Source: a virus | Length of the DNA: 64,000 bases | Virus record (IMG/VR): IMGVR_UViG_3300028840_005764 | Location: 32,001 to 96,000 of that record | Reading direction: 5' to 3' (one strand) | Made by a program: the position numbers and the translations under genes | Shown here: positions 41,295 through 51,988 of the stretch, piece by piece | Numbering within the stretch: position 1 is the stretch's first letter | How the letters are laid out: each line of letters starts with the position of its first letter | Notes under the pieces: model-generated | The model's database searches: none | The model's input: only the letters and a program-made list of their open reading frames with translations | Told to the model about the DNA's origin: nothing

Positions 41295-43925
41295 GTGGAA
41301 AACAAAATCACGCTTAAGTTCGAGCCATATTTCATATCATCCGAAGAAGATCTTGATGAACATCTCAATTGGATACAAAGAGATGCTGTTATAAAAGGTG
41401 CTGATGGCAGTATAATTTTTCAACAAAAAGATGTTGAATTCCCTGATTTCTGGTCCGATACAGCTGTCAATATAGTATCTGATAAGTACTTCAGAGGTAT
41501 TCTCGGTTCTGATGAACGAGAATATAGTTTGAAACAGTTGGTGAACCGTGTTGTCGATACAATTACTCAGTATGGTATTGAGTTAGGATATTTTGATGAT
41601 GAGAACGCTAAAATATTTCAGTGTGATTTGAAGTTTCTTATTTATATGCAATATTACTCTTTCAATTCTCCAGTTTATTTCAATGTTGGTATTGATCCGA
41701 ATCCACAAGTCGCCGCGTGTTTCATACTTGGCGTAGATGACCACATGCCATCCATTATGGAATTGGCACGCACAGAAGCTATGATTTTCAAGGGAGGTTC
41801 AGGCGCCGGTACTAATTTTTCCAAGCTCCGCAGCAAATACGAGCATCTATCAGGAGGAGGTAAAGCTAGTGGGCCTGTGTCTTTCATGCGTGGTTTGGAT
41901 AGCTTCTCTGGCGTGATTAAGAGTGGTGGTAAAACTAGACGTGCTGCGAAGATGGCTATCCTTGACATAGACCATTTAGATATATTGGAATTTGTTGAAT
42001 GCAAGCTGATAGAGGAAGGTAAGGCTTCTGCTCTTATTCAAGCAGGATACAGCCCACATTTCGAAGCAGATAACAATGCGTATTCTTCTGTTGCGTTTCA
42101 AAATGAGAATCACACCATTAGAGTATTTGATAAATTCATGCAAGCTGTAGAACAAGATGATGAATGGGATTTACGTTACGTAACAAATCAACAACGCAAA
42201 TACGTTAAAGCGCGTGAAATATTCATGCGTATCTGTGAATGCGCACACCAATGCGGCGATCCTGGGTTGTTATTTTCTGATACAGCGAATCGATATCATA
42301 CAACTCCAGCTTCTGGTAAAATTGTGGCTACTAATCCTTGTGGCGAATATATTGATATTGATGATTCCGCATGCAATTTAGGTTCATTCAATCTTATGCG
42401 TTTTGTACAACATCACGATAGTCATTTTTCATTTGATGTTGATGCATTTAAGGCGGCCGTTAGGATCGCAACGATAGCGCAGGAAATCATTATTGATAAA
42501 GCTAGTTATCCAACCGATAAGATCAAGCGTAATGCGGTTAATCATAGGCAATTAGGGCTTGGATATTCAAATCTAGGTACGTTGATTATGTATTGTGGTT
42601 ATCCATACGACTCACGCGACGGACGTGCACTGGCTGCTTCTATTTCTGCCTTGTTGACCTCTTCTGTATATAACACTAGTTGTGATGTTGCTCTTGTGAA
42701 GGGTACGTTTAAAGAGTTTGATAAGAATAAGGATAAGATGCAGCAAGTTTTGTGGCGTCATGCTTCTAATGTGAAAGATATTGAGACAGATGTAGATGGT
42801 ATTAAAGAGATCATAGATGCTGTTGAAGATACGTGGCAGTCTGTTACGGAGAAATATCAACATCATGGTATTCGCAATTCAAAAGCTACAGTGATAGCCC
42901 CAACAGGCACTATCGGGTTTATGATGGATTGCGATACGACTGGAGCTGAGCCAGAACTTTTTCTTGTAAAACACAAGACACTGGTAGGTGGTGGTAGTAT
43001 TAAAATCGTTAATAGGTCTATAGGTCATGTGCTGGCTAATTTAGGATATGACCAAAAAACAATATCTAAGATTGCAAATTACATAACTGAGAATGAGACA
43101 TTGGAACGATGTAAGTTAATCAAAAAAGAACATATTCCGATTTTTGATTGTGCTTTTGGCAGTAGTGAGAAAAGTAGAGTCATTGCCCCAGAAGGTCATG
43201 TCAGAATGTTGGCTGCTATTCAACCACATATATCTGGAGGTATTTCAAAGACAGTGAATCTTCCTGAAAAGGCTTCTGTGCAGGATGTATATAATATTTT
43301 TATGTTAGCGCACAAGCTTAAGCTAAAAGCTATTACAATTTATCGTAACAATTCGAAGGGCTCGCAACCGTTAAATGTGAAGAAAAATGATGATGATAAA
43401 AAGCCTAAGCAGGTAAAGAGAAAGATGGCTGCAGAGCGCAAGGCCTTAGCCCATGATTTTAATATTCAAGGCCATAAGATCTATCTTCATTGTGGACTTT
43501 TCCCAGATGGCACATTGGGTGAAATTTTCATTCGTGCGTCTAAAGAAGGTTCCACTATGACGGGGTTATTGGATTCAATTGCCGTTTTAACATCTACCTC
43601 ATTACAATATGGTGTACCTCTCGAGGTGCTTTCAAAGAAGCTGGCATATACTACTTTTGAGCCACAGGGATTTACACCTAAGATGGGTTATGCTCGCAGT
43701 ATAACAGATTATATTTTTCGTTATTTGCTCCAGAAATTCAGCGGTCACGTTTTGGATGGTGACACAGTGATTGAAGATGATGAAGAAGCTCCTGTGCCGC
43801 CACGTGCTTTGCTGGACACCCCTACATACGACGCTCCGCCGTGTCCCAACTGCGGTTCGATCATGGTCAGGAATGGTTCGTGTTTTAAGTGTGAGACATG
43901 TGGAGAGACTAGTGGGTGTTCATGA
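41295..43925 (+). CDS. nrdJ: Class II (B12-dependent) ribonucleotide reductase
   Basis: NSPVYFN, ACFIL, GGKTRRAAKM, TNPCGE, APTGTI, ISKTVN; C-terminal extension with Zn ribbon. Confidence 0.93.
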   Translation: MENKITLKFEPYFISSEEDLDEHLNWIQRDAVIKGADGSIIFQQKDVEFPDFWSDTAVNIVSDKYFRGILGSDEREYSLKQLVNRVVDTITQYGIELGYFDDENAKIFQCDLKFLIYMQYYSFNSPVYFNVGIDPNPQVAACFILGVDDHMPSIMELARTEAMIFKGGSGAGTNFSKLRSKYEHLSGGGKASGPVSFMRGLDSFSGVIKSGGKTRRAAKMAILDIDHLDILEFVECKLIEEGKASALIQAGYSPHFEADNNAYSSVAFQNENHTIRVFDKFMQAVEQDDEWDLRYVTNQQRKYVKAREIFMRICECAHQCGDPGLLFSDTANRYHTTPASGKIVATNPCGEYIDIDDSACNLGSFNLMRFVQHHDSHFSFDVDAFKAAVRIATIAQEIIIDKASYPTDKIKRNAVNHRQLGLGYSNLGTLIMYCGYPYDSRDGRALAASISALLTSSVYNTSCDVALVKGTFKEFDKNKDKMQQVLWRHASNVKDIETDVDGIKEIIDAVEDTWQSVTEKYQHHGIRNSKATVIAPTGTIGFMMDCDTTGAEPELFLVKHKTLVGGGSIKIVNRSIGHVLANLGYDQKTISKIANYITENETLERCKLIKKEHIPIFDCAFGSSEKSRVIAPEGHVRMLAAIQPHISGGISKTVNLPEKASVQDVYNIFMLAHKLKLKAITIYRNNSKGSQPLNVKKNDDDKKPKQVKRKMAAERKALAHDFNIQGHKIYLHCGLFPDGTLGEIFIRASKEGSTMTGLLDSIAVLTSTSLQYGVPLEVLSKKLAYTTFEPQGFTPKMGYARSITDYIFRYLLQKFSGHVLDGDTVIEDDEEAPVPPRALLDTPTYDAPPCPNCGSIMVRNGSCFKCETCGETSGCS

Positions 43926-44554
43926 TGTCTATACACACCGATAATCGCGCAGCTATGTTCAAAAGAGATACCAAAACTAAGTGGCAAACGCCACTTTGGT
44001 TTTTTCGTTTCTTTGATAATCAGTATCATTTTGAATGGGATATGGCTGCGTCTAAAAAGAATCGATTATGTAAGAAATACGTCAATCAGAAGATGGACGC
44101 CACGTCGTTTGATTGGCCATCTAACAGCAGTCTTTGGTGTAATCCACCATATGATAGTCGTCGTCTGCATTTGTGGTTTGAACGCGGGTGGGATGCGGCT
44201 AGACATGGTTCTACGGTCGTGTTCCTTGTGCATGCGCGTACAGATACTGTGTGGTATCACGAGTGGGCTATACGTGGTCATGTTGGTTTCGTACGAGGCA
44301 GGATGAAATTTCTGTACAAAGACAGAGAGACAGATGCTGCGCCATTTCCATCTTTAGTGGTGATATATGATCCAAAAGCTGTCGAAAATTATGAGAAGAG
44401 TGGTATAGATCTATTACATCATTTTGATGGCTTCTGTATCGATGGTCGTTTGGGGACAACTTGGAGGAAATTACCACGTTATCCTAGGGCAATTGTTAGA
44501 TACCCAAGAAAAATAATAAGAACACCAAAACCAAAACATTGGAGTGGAAAGTGA
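43922..44554 (+). CDS. Phage DNA N6-adenine methyltransferase (Dam family)
   Basis: WQTP, D.AAS..N, WCNPPY, ARTDT, APFPS motifs. Confidence 0.88.
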   Translation: MMSIHTDNRAAMFKRDTKTKWQTPLWFFRFFDNQYHFEWDMAASKKNRLCKKYVNQKMDATSFDWPSNSSLWCNPPYDSRRLHLWFERGWDAARHGSTVVFLVHARTDTVWYHEWAIRGHVGFVRGRMKFLYKDRETDAAPFPSLVVIYDPKAVENYEKSGIDLLHHFDGFCIDGRLGTTWRKLPRYPRAIVRYPRKIIRTPKPKHWSGK

Positions 44555-45246
44555 ATGATATATATAAAAAAGATTGGAGAAAACTAAAGATAGCATGCTT
44601 TGACACTGAAACAACCGGTACGAATATCAATGACGATAGAATAACAGAAATGGGTATAATTATATTTAAGAAGGGTGAACCAATAAAAAAATATTGTCGT
44701 TTGATCAATCCTAAGAAAAAAATTCATCCAAAAGCTGCGAAAGTAAGTGGTATCACAGATAGCGATGTGAAGGAGCAGCGTACTTTCAAACAACGTTTCA
44801 AAAAAATATATAAGCTTTTATATGGCGCAGATCTTTGGTGTGCATTCAACGATCAGTTCGATCGCGGTATCATGGCGGCTGAATTCAGACGTTGTGGTGA
44901 AGAATACGAGGATAAACCATGTATTGATCCAAGAATATGGGCAGACCACATGTGGCCAGGTCAGACAAACAATTTGGATTCTGTTTCTGCCAGATTGAGA
45001 GTGAATGTACCAAGAACAGTTACGGATGAATTGAAGATCAATGTTGCTCGCCATAGAGCTGATTACGATTCATTAGTGACAGGATATTGTCTTTTTGCAA
45101 TGATGTCTGCTATGCCAAAAACTTTGAGACAGACGTTGTATGTACAAGATTACATTTATAGGAGATGGTTGACAAACGTATACAATAATAATCCAAGATT
45201 CGCTCGTAGTGTTGAACCAACTATGCCACCGGAACATGTCAGATAG
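44539..45246 (+). CDS. DEDDh 3'-5' exonuclease (DnaQ/epsilon-like)
   Basis: DTETTG, AFN..FD, HRADYD. Confidence 0.88.
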   Translation: MEWKVNDIYKKDWRKLKIACFDTETTGTNINDDRITEMGIIIFKKGEPIKKYCRLINPKKKIHPKAAKVSGITDSDVKEQRTFKQRFKKIYKLLYGADLWCAFNDQFDRGIMAAEFRRCGEEYEDKPCIDPRIWADHMWPGQTNNLDSVSARLRVNVPRTVTDELKINVARHRADYDSLVTGYCLFAMMSAMPKTLRQTLYVQDYIYRRWLTNVYNNNPRFARSVEPTMPPEHVR

Positions 45247-45276
45247 AAACCGTGTTGTCTATGAGAAAAAAGAACG

Positions 45277-45669
45277 ATGATTTGCAAAGCAATAAAATAC
45301 CATCCACGTCCTCTCATTCAACGGTTTCCTAGACCGAAGCGTATACCGTATCCAAAAAAACCAATCCACCGAGGCGAATGCCGTGATGGCATACGTCCAT
45401 GTCCTTTTGTTTCATGTAGGTATCATCTTTACGCAGATATAGTATCTGGTGTTTGGAAAGAATATTTTGAGGCTCCATGGCTTATGGAGGAGACGTGTGC
45501 TCTTGATTTGGCTGAAAGAGAACGTGGTATGAATCTTGATGACATTAGTTATTATTTTGATCTAACACGCGAGAGAATAAGGCAAATAATAGATAATTCT
45601 TTAAGAACCATCAGAACAAGAAAATTAGCTAGAGATAGGTCTATTCATGATAAAATTTCTATCGGTTGA
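45277..45669 (+). CDS. Cys-rich sigma-70 region-4-like HTH protein
   Basis: RPCPFVSCRYHL..ETCALD followed by MNLDDIS..LTRERIRQI. Confidence 0.75.
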   Translation: MICKAIKYHPRPLIQRFPRPKRIPYPKKPIHRGECRDGIRPCPFVSCRYHLYADIVSGVWKEYFEAPWLMEETCALDLAERERGMNLDDISYYFDLTRERIRQIIDNSLRTIRTRKLARDRSIHDKISIG

Positions 45670-47518
45670 GCTCTTTAACTTCGTTACACATAAACATACT
45701 TACATAGATATGGAAAGCGGTGGTAGCCTGTATATTTCAGGTTGGAACAAAGATGCTCATGCCATTGGAAGTAATGGCGCTGGTAAATCACTTATCTATG
45801 ATGCTATTTATTGGTGTTTATACGATGTCACTGTACGTGGATTTGGTAAAGATGATGTTATAGGCAAGAATGAAGATTATACTTGGGTACAAACATGTTG
45901 GTTGGATGATGATGGTCGTAGTGTTGTTATTAGAAGATTTCGTAATCACCCAGAATACAAACATGATGTTCAATTGTTAATTGATGGTGAAGATGCAAGT
46001 AAGACTCGTAATATAAGTAAGCACGGTACTAACGCTCATATCGTGCGTATTTTCAAAATGGATAGGGTGGCGTTTCTGTATTCTGTAATTTTCAGTAAAA
46101 GTCGAGGGAGTATCTGTGAAGCCAAGGATGTGAAGAGGCGCGAATTACTATCACACATTATTGGCCTGGATATTACAGATGAAGGTTTGAAAGCGGCGCG
46201 TAAAGATCGCAAGGAACTTGATAAATATTTGAATACATTGAAAATAAAGCTGTCATCAGTTGAAACGGAATCTCATCAATTTGAGAAACGACTTCATGAT
46301 GCGCAGGAACAATTGATTGAGGAGGAGCGTAGGATTGAGGAAAGAAAAGCCAAAATTGCTAGTGAAAATAAAGATATCAAGGAAAAAGAAAAAGAACTAA
46401 AAGAAAAACGTAAGAAAATAAAAGACAAGATTAAGTCCATTGAAGGTAAACTTGTTGAACAGATAAATATTGATAAAGAAATTACATCTATTGAAAATAA
46501 TATTGATATGGTTAATGAAAAAGTATCCAAATATAAAGTTGATTTGGATTATAAAGTTCAAGTTGAAGATAAAGCACAGCGTGCAATGACGGCGTGTAGA
46601 GAGAAGTCAGGTTCTGTCTGCCCGACATGCGAGCAAGTAATACCCGGCAACCATGTACGACGTCAGCTGTTCAATCTCAAAAAACTTAGAGATAAAGCGC
46701 GTGCTGAGAAAAAGTATTGTGCCAAGAAATATCAGAAATGGGAAAAGAGACGCACACAACTTGTCAAGGAAAAAAATGCACTCAAGTTGTCTGTTGATAA
46801 GAAATTGGAACGTCAATATTTCAAACTCGAATCGCAGTTGAAGTATATCAAACGTGATTTGAAACATATTGTATTTGTTGATGAAAATAGTATTGAAGAC
46901 AACAGTGACGCTTTGCGTCAAAAGGTGCGTTCTCTAAACGATGAACATCAGGACTCATTGAATAGGAAAAATCTTTTGGAGTCACAGATCAAAACTGTTG
47001 AACAGAAGCTTGCAATAGCTGAATTTTGGGTTGTAGGTTTTGGGTCAAAAGGTTTAAAAAACTTTGTGATCAACGGTATATTAGGATTACTGGAACAGAG
47101 GACAAACGAGTACCTCAGTGAACTGACTGACGGTTATATGCGTGTGTCTTGGGAGAGTGAAAAACAATCAAAAAAGACAAAGAAATCTATGGATAAACTT
47201 ATGTTAAATGTGAAGACAGGTAATAGAGGATATAGAGAATATCATTGGTGTAGTGAAGGGGAAAGATCCAGAGTTTGGTTGTCAACAGAGTTGGCATTAA
47301 ATGAAATCAAAAGAACAACTGTTGATATAGGTCTGATAGATGAATGTCTTGATGGTTTGGATTCACAAGGCATTGTAAAGGCTGTCGAGTTAATAAGTGG
47401 CGAGAGTACGAAGAGAAAAATGATATGTATTTCACACAGAGAAGGTGTTGAAAAACATTTCAGAAATAAAAAAGTAGTTATCATGCACAAGGGAACGTCA
47501 ACGCTGCGCGCAGCATAG
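45647..47518 (+). CDS. Rad50/SbcC-like ATPase
   Basis: GSNGAGKS, coiled coil with CPTC hook, SEGE signature, IDECLDGLD, ISH. Confidence 0.9.
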   Translation: MIKFLSVELFNFVTHKHTYIDMESGGSLYISGWNKDAHAIGSNGAGKSLIYDAIYWCLYDVTVRGFGKDDVIGKNEDYTWVQTCWLDDDGRSVVIRRFRNHPEYKHDVQLLIDGEDASKTRNISKHGTNAHIVRIFKMDRVAFLYSVIFSKSRGSICEAKDVKRRELLSHIIGLDITDEGLKAARKDRKELDKYLNTLKIKLSSVETESHQFEKRLHDAQEQLIEEERRIEERKAKIASENKDIKEKEKELKEKRKKIKDKIKSIEGKLVEQINIDKEITSIENNIDMVNEKVSKYKVDLDYKVQVEDKAQRAMTACREKSGSVCPTCEQVIPGNHVRRQLFNLKKLRDKARAEKKYCAKKYQKWEKRRTQLVKEKNALKLSVDKKLERQYFKLESQLKYIKRDLKHIVFVDENSIEDNSDALRQKVRSLNDEHQDSLNRKNLLESQIKTVEQKLAIAEFWVVGFGSKGLKNFVINGILGLLEQRTNEYLSELTDGYMRVSWESEKQSKKTKKSMDKLMLNVKTGNRGYREYHWCSEGERSRVWLSTELALNEIKRTTVDIGLIDECLDGLDSQGIVKAVELISGESTKRKMICISHREGVEKHFRNKKVVIMHKGTSTLRAA

Positions 47519-47527
47519 GGAGTAGAG

Positions 47528-48094
47528 ATGAAAGACCCAGCAGAATTGATGAAGTTGGTGAATTTCCAGAACATGAAGATCCGCGAGCTCGGCCTCAAGA
47601 TCAACGAACTTGAGGGACAGGCGATTCACTTGTACCAGAACTTCGATGCTTTGGCCCAGTTCTTGATCTACATGATTCAAAAGTTCGGAGAAGATCAAAG
47701 CGGTACTTGTTCGGTTGGCATTCCACTGGAAAGCCTGCGCTCGGTACCACCTGGAAGTTGGGTTAAGACAGAGAACATCGAGGACATGAAGATCTTGACC
47801 GTGATGGAACATGATACGATGGAGGAGATTATGGGTCAGGGCGGCGGTGGTCCAGTGCCATTGGCCGGTGCCACACCACCGGGACGGACAACACCTCCAG
47901 GACGTCCACAGCCTATGGCTGCCCCACCACCGCCGCCCCGCCCACCACGTCATTGCGCGCCACCACCGCCTTCAGCGAAGATGGATATGGATGACGCCCC
48001 CACGTCAAAGCCATCAGTGCATGAGGTGACTTTGTCATCCCAGTCCGTGGTTCCGCAGGATAGCAACCCGGCGCCCAGCACTGATGGTGAATGA
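47528..48094 (+). CDS. Hypothetical protein with Pro-rich C-terminus
   Basis: GGAG RBS; ORF. Confidence 0.6.
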   Translation: MKDPAELMKLVNFQNMKIRELGLKINELEGQAIHLYQNFDALAQFLIYMIQKFGEDQSGTCSVGIPLESLRSVPPGSWVKTENIEDMKILTVMEHDTMEEIMGQGGGGPVPLAGATPPGRTTPPGRPQPMAAPPPPPRPPRHCAPPPPSAKMDMDDAPTSKPSVHEVTLSSQSVVPQDSNPAPSTDGE

Positions 48095-48095
48095 C

Positions 48096-48323
48096 ATGCC
48101 GATCTACGACTATTATTGTGAGAAATGCCATCAGAGGTTCGAGGACTGGCATACACGGATGGATGACGATCCGGAGCCATGCCCAACGTGCGGAGCTCTC
48201 TCGCCGCGTGTGAGGCATACAAGCCAGAATCTGAAGAAGGTTGAATACGTACCTCCTCCGCGTGCGAAACGCAGATTTGGTGAACATCGGGCCTGGCACC
48301 ATAAGCGTCCTAGGTGGGTCTGA
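48096..48323 (+). CDS. FmdB-family zinc ribbon protein
   Basis: MPIYDYYCEKC...CPTCG. Confidence 0.8.
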   Translation: MPIYDYYCEKCHQRFEDWHTRMDDDPEPCPTCGALSPRVRHTSQNLKKVEYVPPPRAKRRFGEHRAWHHKRPRWV

Positions 48324-49084
48324 TGGCGAAGAAACCGATTCCAGTCCAAGAACAGCGTCGTTTATTGGTCGAGAACATGAGATATTTACATCATGTTTTC
48401 ACCAGTTACGATAAACAATGGGTGATGGGAATCGATCCATCGTTGAATCATACAGCTGTAGCAGTGCAAAAAATACGGAAAAAGCGTGTCAAAGTATCCA
48501 GTTCACCAGCTACAATACGAGATTCAAAGCAGAAAAAAACCGCTACACATCGAATCGCGCTTACCCGTCATTTCCTGATAAACCAGGTTCAAAAATACCC
48601 ACCATTATTGATTGCGGTTGAAGGCTATGCCTACGGCCGCGCCATGAATCGTGAGCTGCTTGGAGAAGTCGGAGGTATGATTCGTCTGAATGTGTTTTGG
48701 GATCATCCAGATGAAGTTGGGCCGGTATTGATTGTTGGTGCCACGCAATTGAAAAAATTCATTTTGGGTTCAGGAACAGTAGGAGGTGGTAAAAAGACAA
48801 AACAATTAATAATTATGAATGTGTTTAAGAAATGGGGTATTGAAGTAGCTGATGATAATGAAGCTGATGCTATAGTGTTGGTTAGGATGGCAAAAGAATT
48901 CGTGAAATTTGTTTTAAAATTACATGATAAAATTCCGTCTGATGAAAAAGGATTACGTAATTTTGTAAATAATGGATGGGAAGAATATGGATATAAAAAA
49001 TATATATGGGAAATATTTTGTTCGTTTGTGATCAATAAAGGTAATAACCAGCTCTTTGATTTTTGTAGTGAAGGCAAACTATGA
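48323..49084 (+). CDS. RuvC-like Holliday junction resolvase
   Basis: MGIDPSL..TA, AVEGY, LKKF..G, DNEADA. Confidence 0.85.
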   Translation: MAKKPIPVQEQRRLLVENMRYLHHVFTSYDKQWVMGIDPSLNHTAVAVQKIRKKRVKVSSSPATIRDSKQKKTATHRIALTRHFLINQVQKYPPLLIAVEGYAYGRAMNRELLGEVGGMIRLNVFWDHPDEVGPVLIVGATQLKKFILGSGTVGGGKKTKQLIIMNVFKKWGIEVADDNEADAIVLVRMAKEFVKFVLKLHDKIPSDEKGLRNFVNNGWEEYGYKKYIWEIFCSFVINKGNNQLFDFCSEGKL

Positions 49085-49635
49085 AAATTAAGAGAAGGCC
49101 TAGAAAAATTTATAGAATTCCAAAAGAATCTTTGAAAAAAGGATGTGTTCTTGAGAGTAAATACTTTCCATATAAGTTGTTAATGTATATTATCAAATGG
49201 GGTATACCATATAATTTATATTCCAATAACAAAATGTATTATTTGAATATATTGGGTAAGGCGAAATACAAAAGAGAGAAACATTTTAATAGAAAGCCAA
49301 GAAGTTATTCTTCATGCGAGCCAATTTATAATAACGGCGTTAAACCTAAAGACAAAGACCCAGTTTTATATAAACAATATAAACAATTGAGAGAATGTTT
49401 TATTAATAAGGGTAGGCCATTACATGTTTACTGTGAATATGACATGCATCAGGTATCTTTGGAAACTTGTTTTTGCAGGTGTGATAAAGAATGTTCTTCG
49501 CTGCGGCCTCGCTGGTTGGTTGGGGAAGATGATGGTTTGTACAGTTATATGAATGATTTTATGAAATTGCAGAGGTTGGTCAATTTGTTGTACGGCACCG
49601 TTAGAAAACGTGACATAGAACCAACCAATCAATGA
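49081..49635 (+). CDS. Hypothetical basic protein with N-terminal IKRRPRK tag
   Basis: ATGA-coupled ORF. Confidence 0.55.
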   Translation: MKIKRRPRKIYRIPKESLKKGCVLESKYFPYKLLMYIIKWGIPYNLYSNNKMYYLNILGKAKYKREKHFNRKPRSYSSCEPIYNNGVKPKDKDPVLYKQYKQLRECFINKGRPLHVYCEYDMHQVSLETCFCRCDKECSSLRPRWLVGEDDGLYSYMNDFMKLQRLVNLLYGTVRKRDIEPTNQ

Positions 49636-49934
49636 AGAGTGAGCGTGAAAATTTTACCGAAGGTGAAAGGGATATGTGTCGTTATTTATTGGCGGTTGCA
49701 ATCAAAGATGCTGTCACCAATAGTAACAAACAATATGATATGAAGTGTAAACGTGATGCAGTAAGATGGTTAAAATCTGATAATGAAATGGGGTTCTCAT
49801 TTATAAATGTTGTGTCTTTCTTATTTGGGGATCAATTAGATTATTCTTGTTTGAGGAAAAGGATATTAGAACTAATTGAAGAAAAATCAGTCACAGCAGA
49901 TGACGCCAACATTGAAAGATTAATAGATGCATGA
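49632..49934 (+). CDS. Hypothetical protein
   Basis: ATGA-coupled ORF. Confidence 0.55.
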   Translation: MKSERENFTEGERDMCRYLLAVAIKDAVTNSNKQYDMKCKRDAVRWLKSDNEMGFSFINVVSFLFGDQLDYSCLRKRILELIEEKSVTADDANIERLIDA

Positions 49935-50490
49935 AATACCAAGACAATCCATTTGTAACATGTGCCGCCTGTGGAAAACCAGGAGGCAAGTGGTCGTGTC
50001 TGACGGCGGGATCCGTGAATGCCGAGTGGTGGTTGTTGGTGAGGCACCTGGTGCTGAAGAAGACAAGAAAGGCAAACCTTTCGTCGGTAAGAGCGGTAGC
50101 TTACTTCGAAGTGCTATTCAGGAATCTGTCGGGATCGTATTAGGTACAGATGCGGTCGTTCTCAATACTGTCAGCTGTAGACCACCCAATAATAGAGACC
50201 CCAAGGATGATGAGAAAGACGCATGTTTGAATTGGTTGCGTCTCAATATACGCAGGATCAAACCGAGGATAGTATTATCTGTTGGCAAACATGCGGCGGC
50301 TGTATTCACCCCTGAGAGAGATAGAGGTTTATTTTTCAGTAAGCGATACTTATATGAGATGTGGCGCGAATATGGATTCATTATGATGCATGTGTGGCAC
50401 CCTGGTTATGTTCTAAGAAATCGAACAAGTATGAATGAATGGTGTAGGCATTTGAAACTTTTCGGCGAAAGATTGTTGGAGTTGTCATGA
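49927..50490 (+). CDS. Uracil-DNA glycosylase, family 4
   Basis: CxxCxL, GEAPG..ED..G.PFVG.SG, CRPPNNR.P, HPGY. Confidence 0.92.
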   Translation: MHEIPRQSICNMCRLWKTRRQVVVSDGGIRECRVVVVGEAPGAEEDKKGKPFVGKSGSLLRSAIQESVGIVLGTDAVVLNTVSCRPPNNRDPKDDEKDACLNWLRLNIRRIKPRIVLSVGKHAAAVFTPERDRGLFFSKRYLYEMWREYGFIMMHVWHPGYVLRNRTSMNEWCRHLKLFGERLLELS

Positions 50491-50687
50491 TAATAAAATA
50501 TGAATCTATATCTTGCCCAAAGTGTGGTTCTTATATATGTCAAAGTGTTGTAGTTAATACATTGTTTTATGACTCAGGACCGGAATGTGTTCATGTTGGT
50601 TATTGTATATTTTGCAGACATTATTATGAAATAGATCCTATTGGCGAACGTCTAGTTGATATGGGTTCAGTCAGTATAGCAAGGTGA
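50487..50687 (+). CDS. Small zinc-finger protein
   Basis: CPKC...CIFC. Confidence 0.5.
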   Translation: MIIKYESISCPKCGSYICQSVVVNTLFYDSGPECVHVGYCIFCRHYYEIDPIGERLVDMGSVSIAR

Positions 50688-50691
50688 ACTA

Positions 50692-50970
50692 ATGCCAAAG
50701 ACAAATATGAAACGTATGCGGCGTCGTATTAAACGCCATCGTAAAGAAAAAGAAGAATATGGAGGTCCTTTGATCGTTGTTGATGACGGCAATGATGTGA
50801 GATTCAATATTGGCAGTGGCAGGCTTGCTCCATGGAAAGGAGCATTGACTTCTGAGATGGCAACAGATCATGATGGTCGTGGTATTTTGAGGTGGATTAT
50901 TGAAAAGAGTGATTTTGATGAGACTGCTAAAGAGATAATTACAGAGCAATTGGATTCGGTTTGGTTCTAA
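50692..50970 (+). CDS. Hypothetical protein
   Basis: AAGGTGA RBS; ORF. Confidence 0.55.
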   Translation: MPKTNMKRMRRRIKRHRKEKEEYGGPLIVVDDGNDVRFNIGSGRLAPWKGALTSEMATDHDGRGILRWIIEKSDFDETAKEIITEQLDSVWF

Positions 50971-50971
50971 T

Positions 50972-51220
50972 ATGAACAACGCAACCAGATATATATTAAG
51001 TTGTATTTTGCCAAGAACCCCTTCTTACATAGGTGGTAACTTTGCTATGACTACAAATGGTGCGTCAGAACCAGGGCCAATGGTTCGTTGCATAGATTGC
51101 GTTGAACGTAAGAAATGTAAACGTATATCTAGAAATGTTAATAAATATAAGAAAAGAGAATGTAGATATTTTGTAATAGATTTAGTGAAACAATCTAATT
51201 ATTATGCAAATAAAAAATGA
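50972..51220 (+). CDS. Small Cys-containing hypothetical protein
   Basis: ORF with CxxC..C..C. Confidence 0.4.
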   Translation: MNNATRYILSCILPRTPSYIGGNFAMTTNGASEPGPMVRCIDCVERKKCKRISRNVNKYKKRECRYFVIDLVKQSNYYANKK

Positions 51221-51293
51221 TATACGATACACAATTACTTGAATATACAATTTATTCACATATAATAATCTTTATTAGTAAGAGGAGGTTGCT

Positions 51294-51464
51294 ATGACCA
51301 GAATTCTTGGTTTGTTGTTGGTTTTTGTCGGTCTTTTGTTAGGTTGTCCGAAGAAAAGTGCCGTGAAACCGGCGGATGAAGAGCCGCAGCTCAAGGTGGA
51401 TGGCGGGAAAGTTGAATCTCCACAGAAAGCGGAGATCGCGAAGGAAGATGCGGGGAAGAAATAG
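51294..51464 (+). CDS. Small lipoprotein (56 aa; below ORF-track cut-off)
   Basis: GAGGAGG RBS and TATAAT upstream; MTRILGLLLVFVGLLLG|CPKK lipobox. Confidence 0.7.
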   Translation: MTRILGLLLVFVGLLLGCPKKSAVKPADEEPQLKVDGGKVESPQKAEIAKEDAGKK

Positions 51465-51537
51465 CAGGGGTGGGAGGGTTCGAACCCCCGGCCCCCAGGA
51501 CCAAAACCTGGTGTTCTACCAACTGAACTACACCCCT
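51465..51537 (-). tRNA. tRNA-Gln(TTG)
   Basis: Cloverleaf; anticodon arm CCAGG-TTTTGGT-CCTGG. Confidence 0.85.
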
Positions 51538-51868
51538 ATCTGTTATCACCACTTCCATTTAGTGCATCTCGTTGTTTTCTAGATGCTAATTTTTGTAGAT
51601 TTTCAAATGCAACTCCTTCCATGTCTAAACCGAGCTCAGTACACATAGCAGCTATGTACCAAAGAACGTCACCAAGTTCTTTGCTTATTTCTCTTATTTT
51701 ATCAGGAGTCATTATTCCATTGTTGTCACGTAATACTTTCTTTACTTTCTCGGCTACTTCTCCGGCTTCTCCCGTAAGACCAAGAACAGGATAAATATAG
51801 TTATTATAACGATTTGGATATTTGGCTGTTTCGAATGCACCTTCTTGATAATCGCGAAAACTTAGCAT
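51536..51868 (-). CDS. MazG-like nucleotide pyrophosphohydrolase
   Basis: LGLTGEAGEVAEKVKK, ELGDVLWY. Confidence 0.9.
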   Translation of the reverse strand: MLSFRDYQEGAFETAKYPNRYNNYIYPVLGLTGEAGEVAEKVKKVLRDNNGIMTPDKIREISKELGDVLWYIAAMCTELGLDMEGVAFENLQKLASRKQRDALNGSGDNR

Positions 51869-51888
51869 GTTTTATCTCCTTATGTGAA

Positions 51889-51976
51889 TGGCGGAAGGGG
51901 AGGGATTCGAACCCCCGGAGCTTTTACACCCTCTTGTTTTCAAGACAAGTACCATAAGCCGCTCGGTCACCCTTCC
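51889..51976 (-). tRNA. tRNA-Ser(TGA)
   Basis: Cloverleaf, long variable arm, encoded CCA. Confidence 0.92.
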
Positions 51977-51988
51977 ACAAGAACAAGA

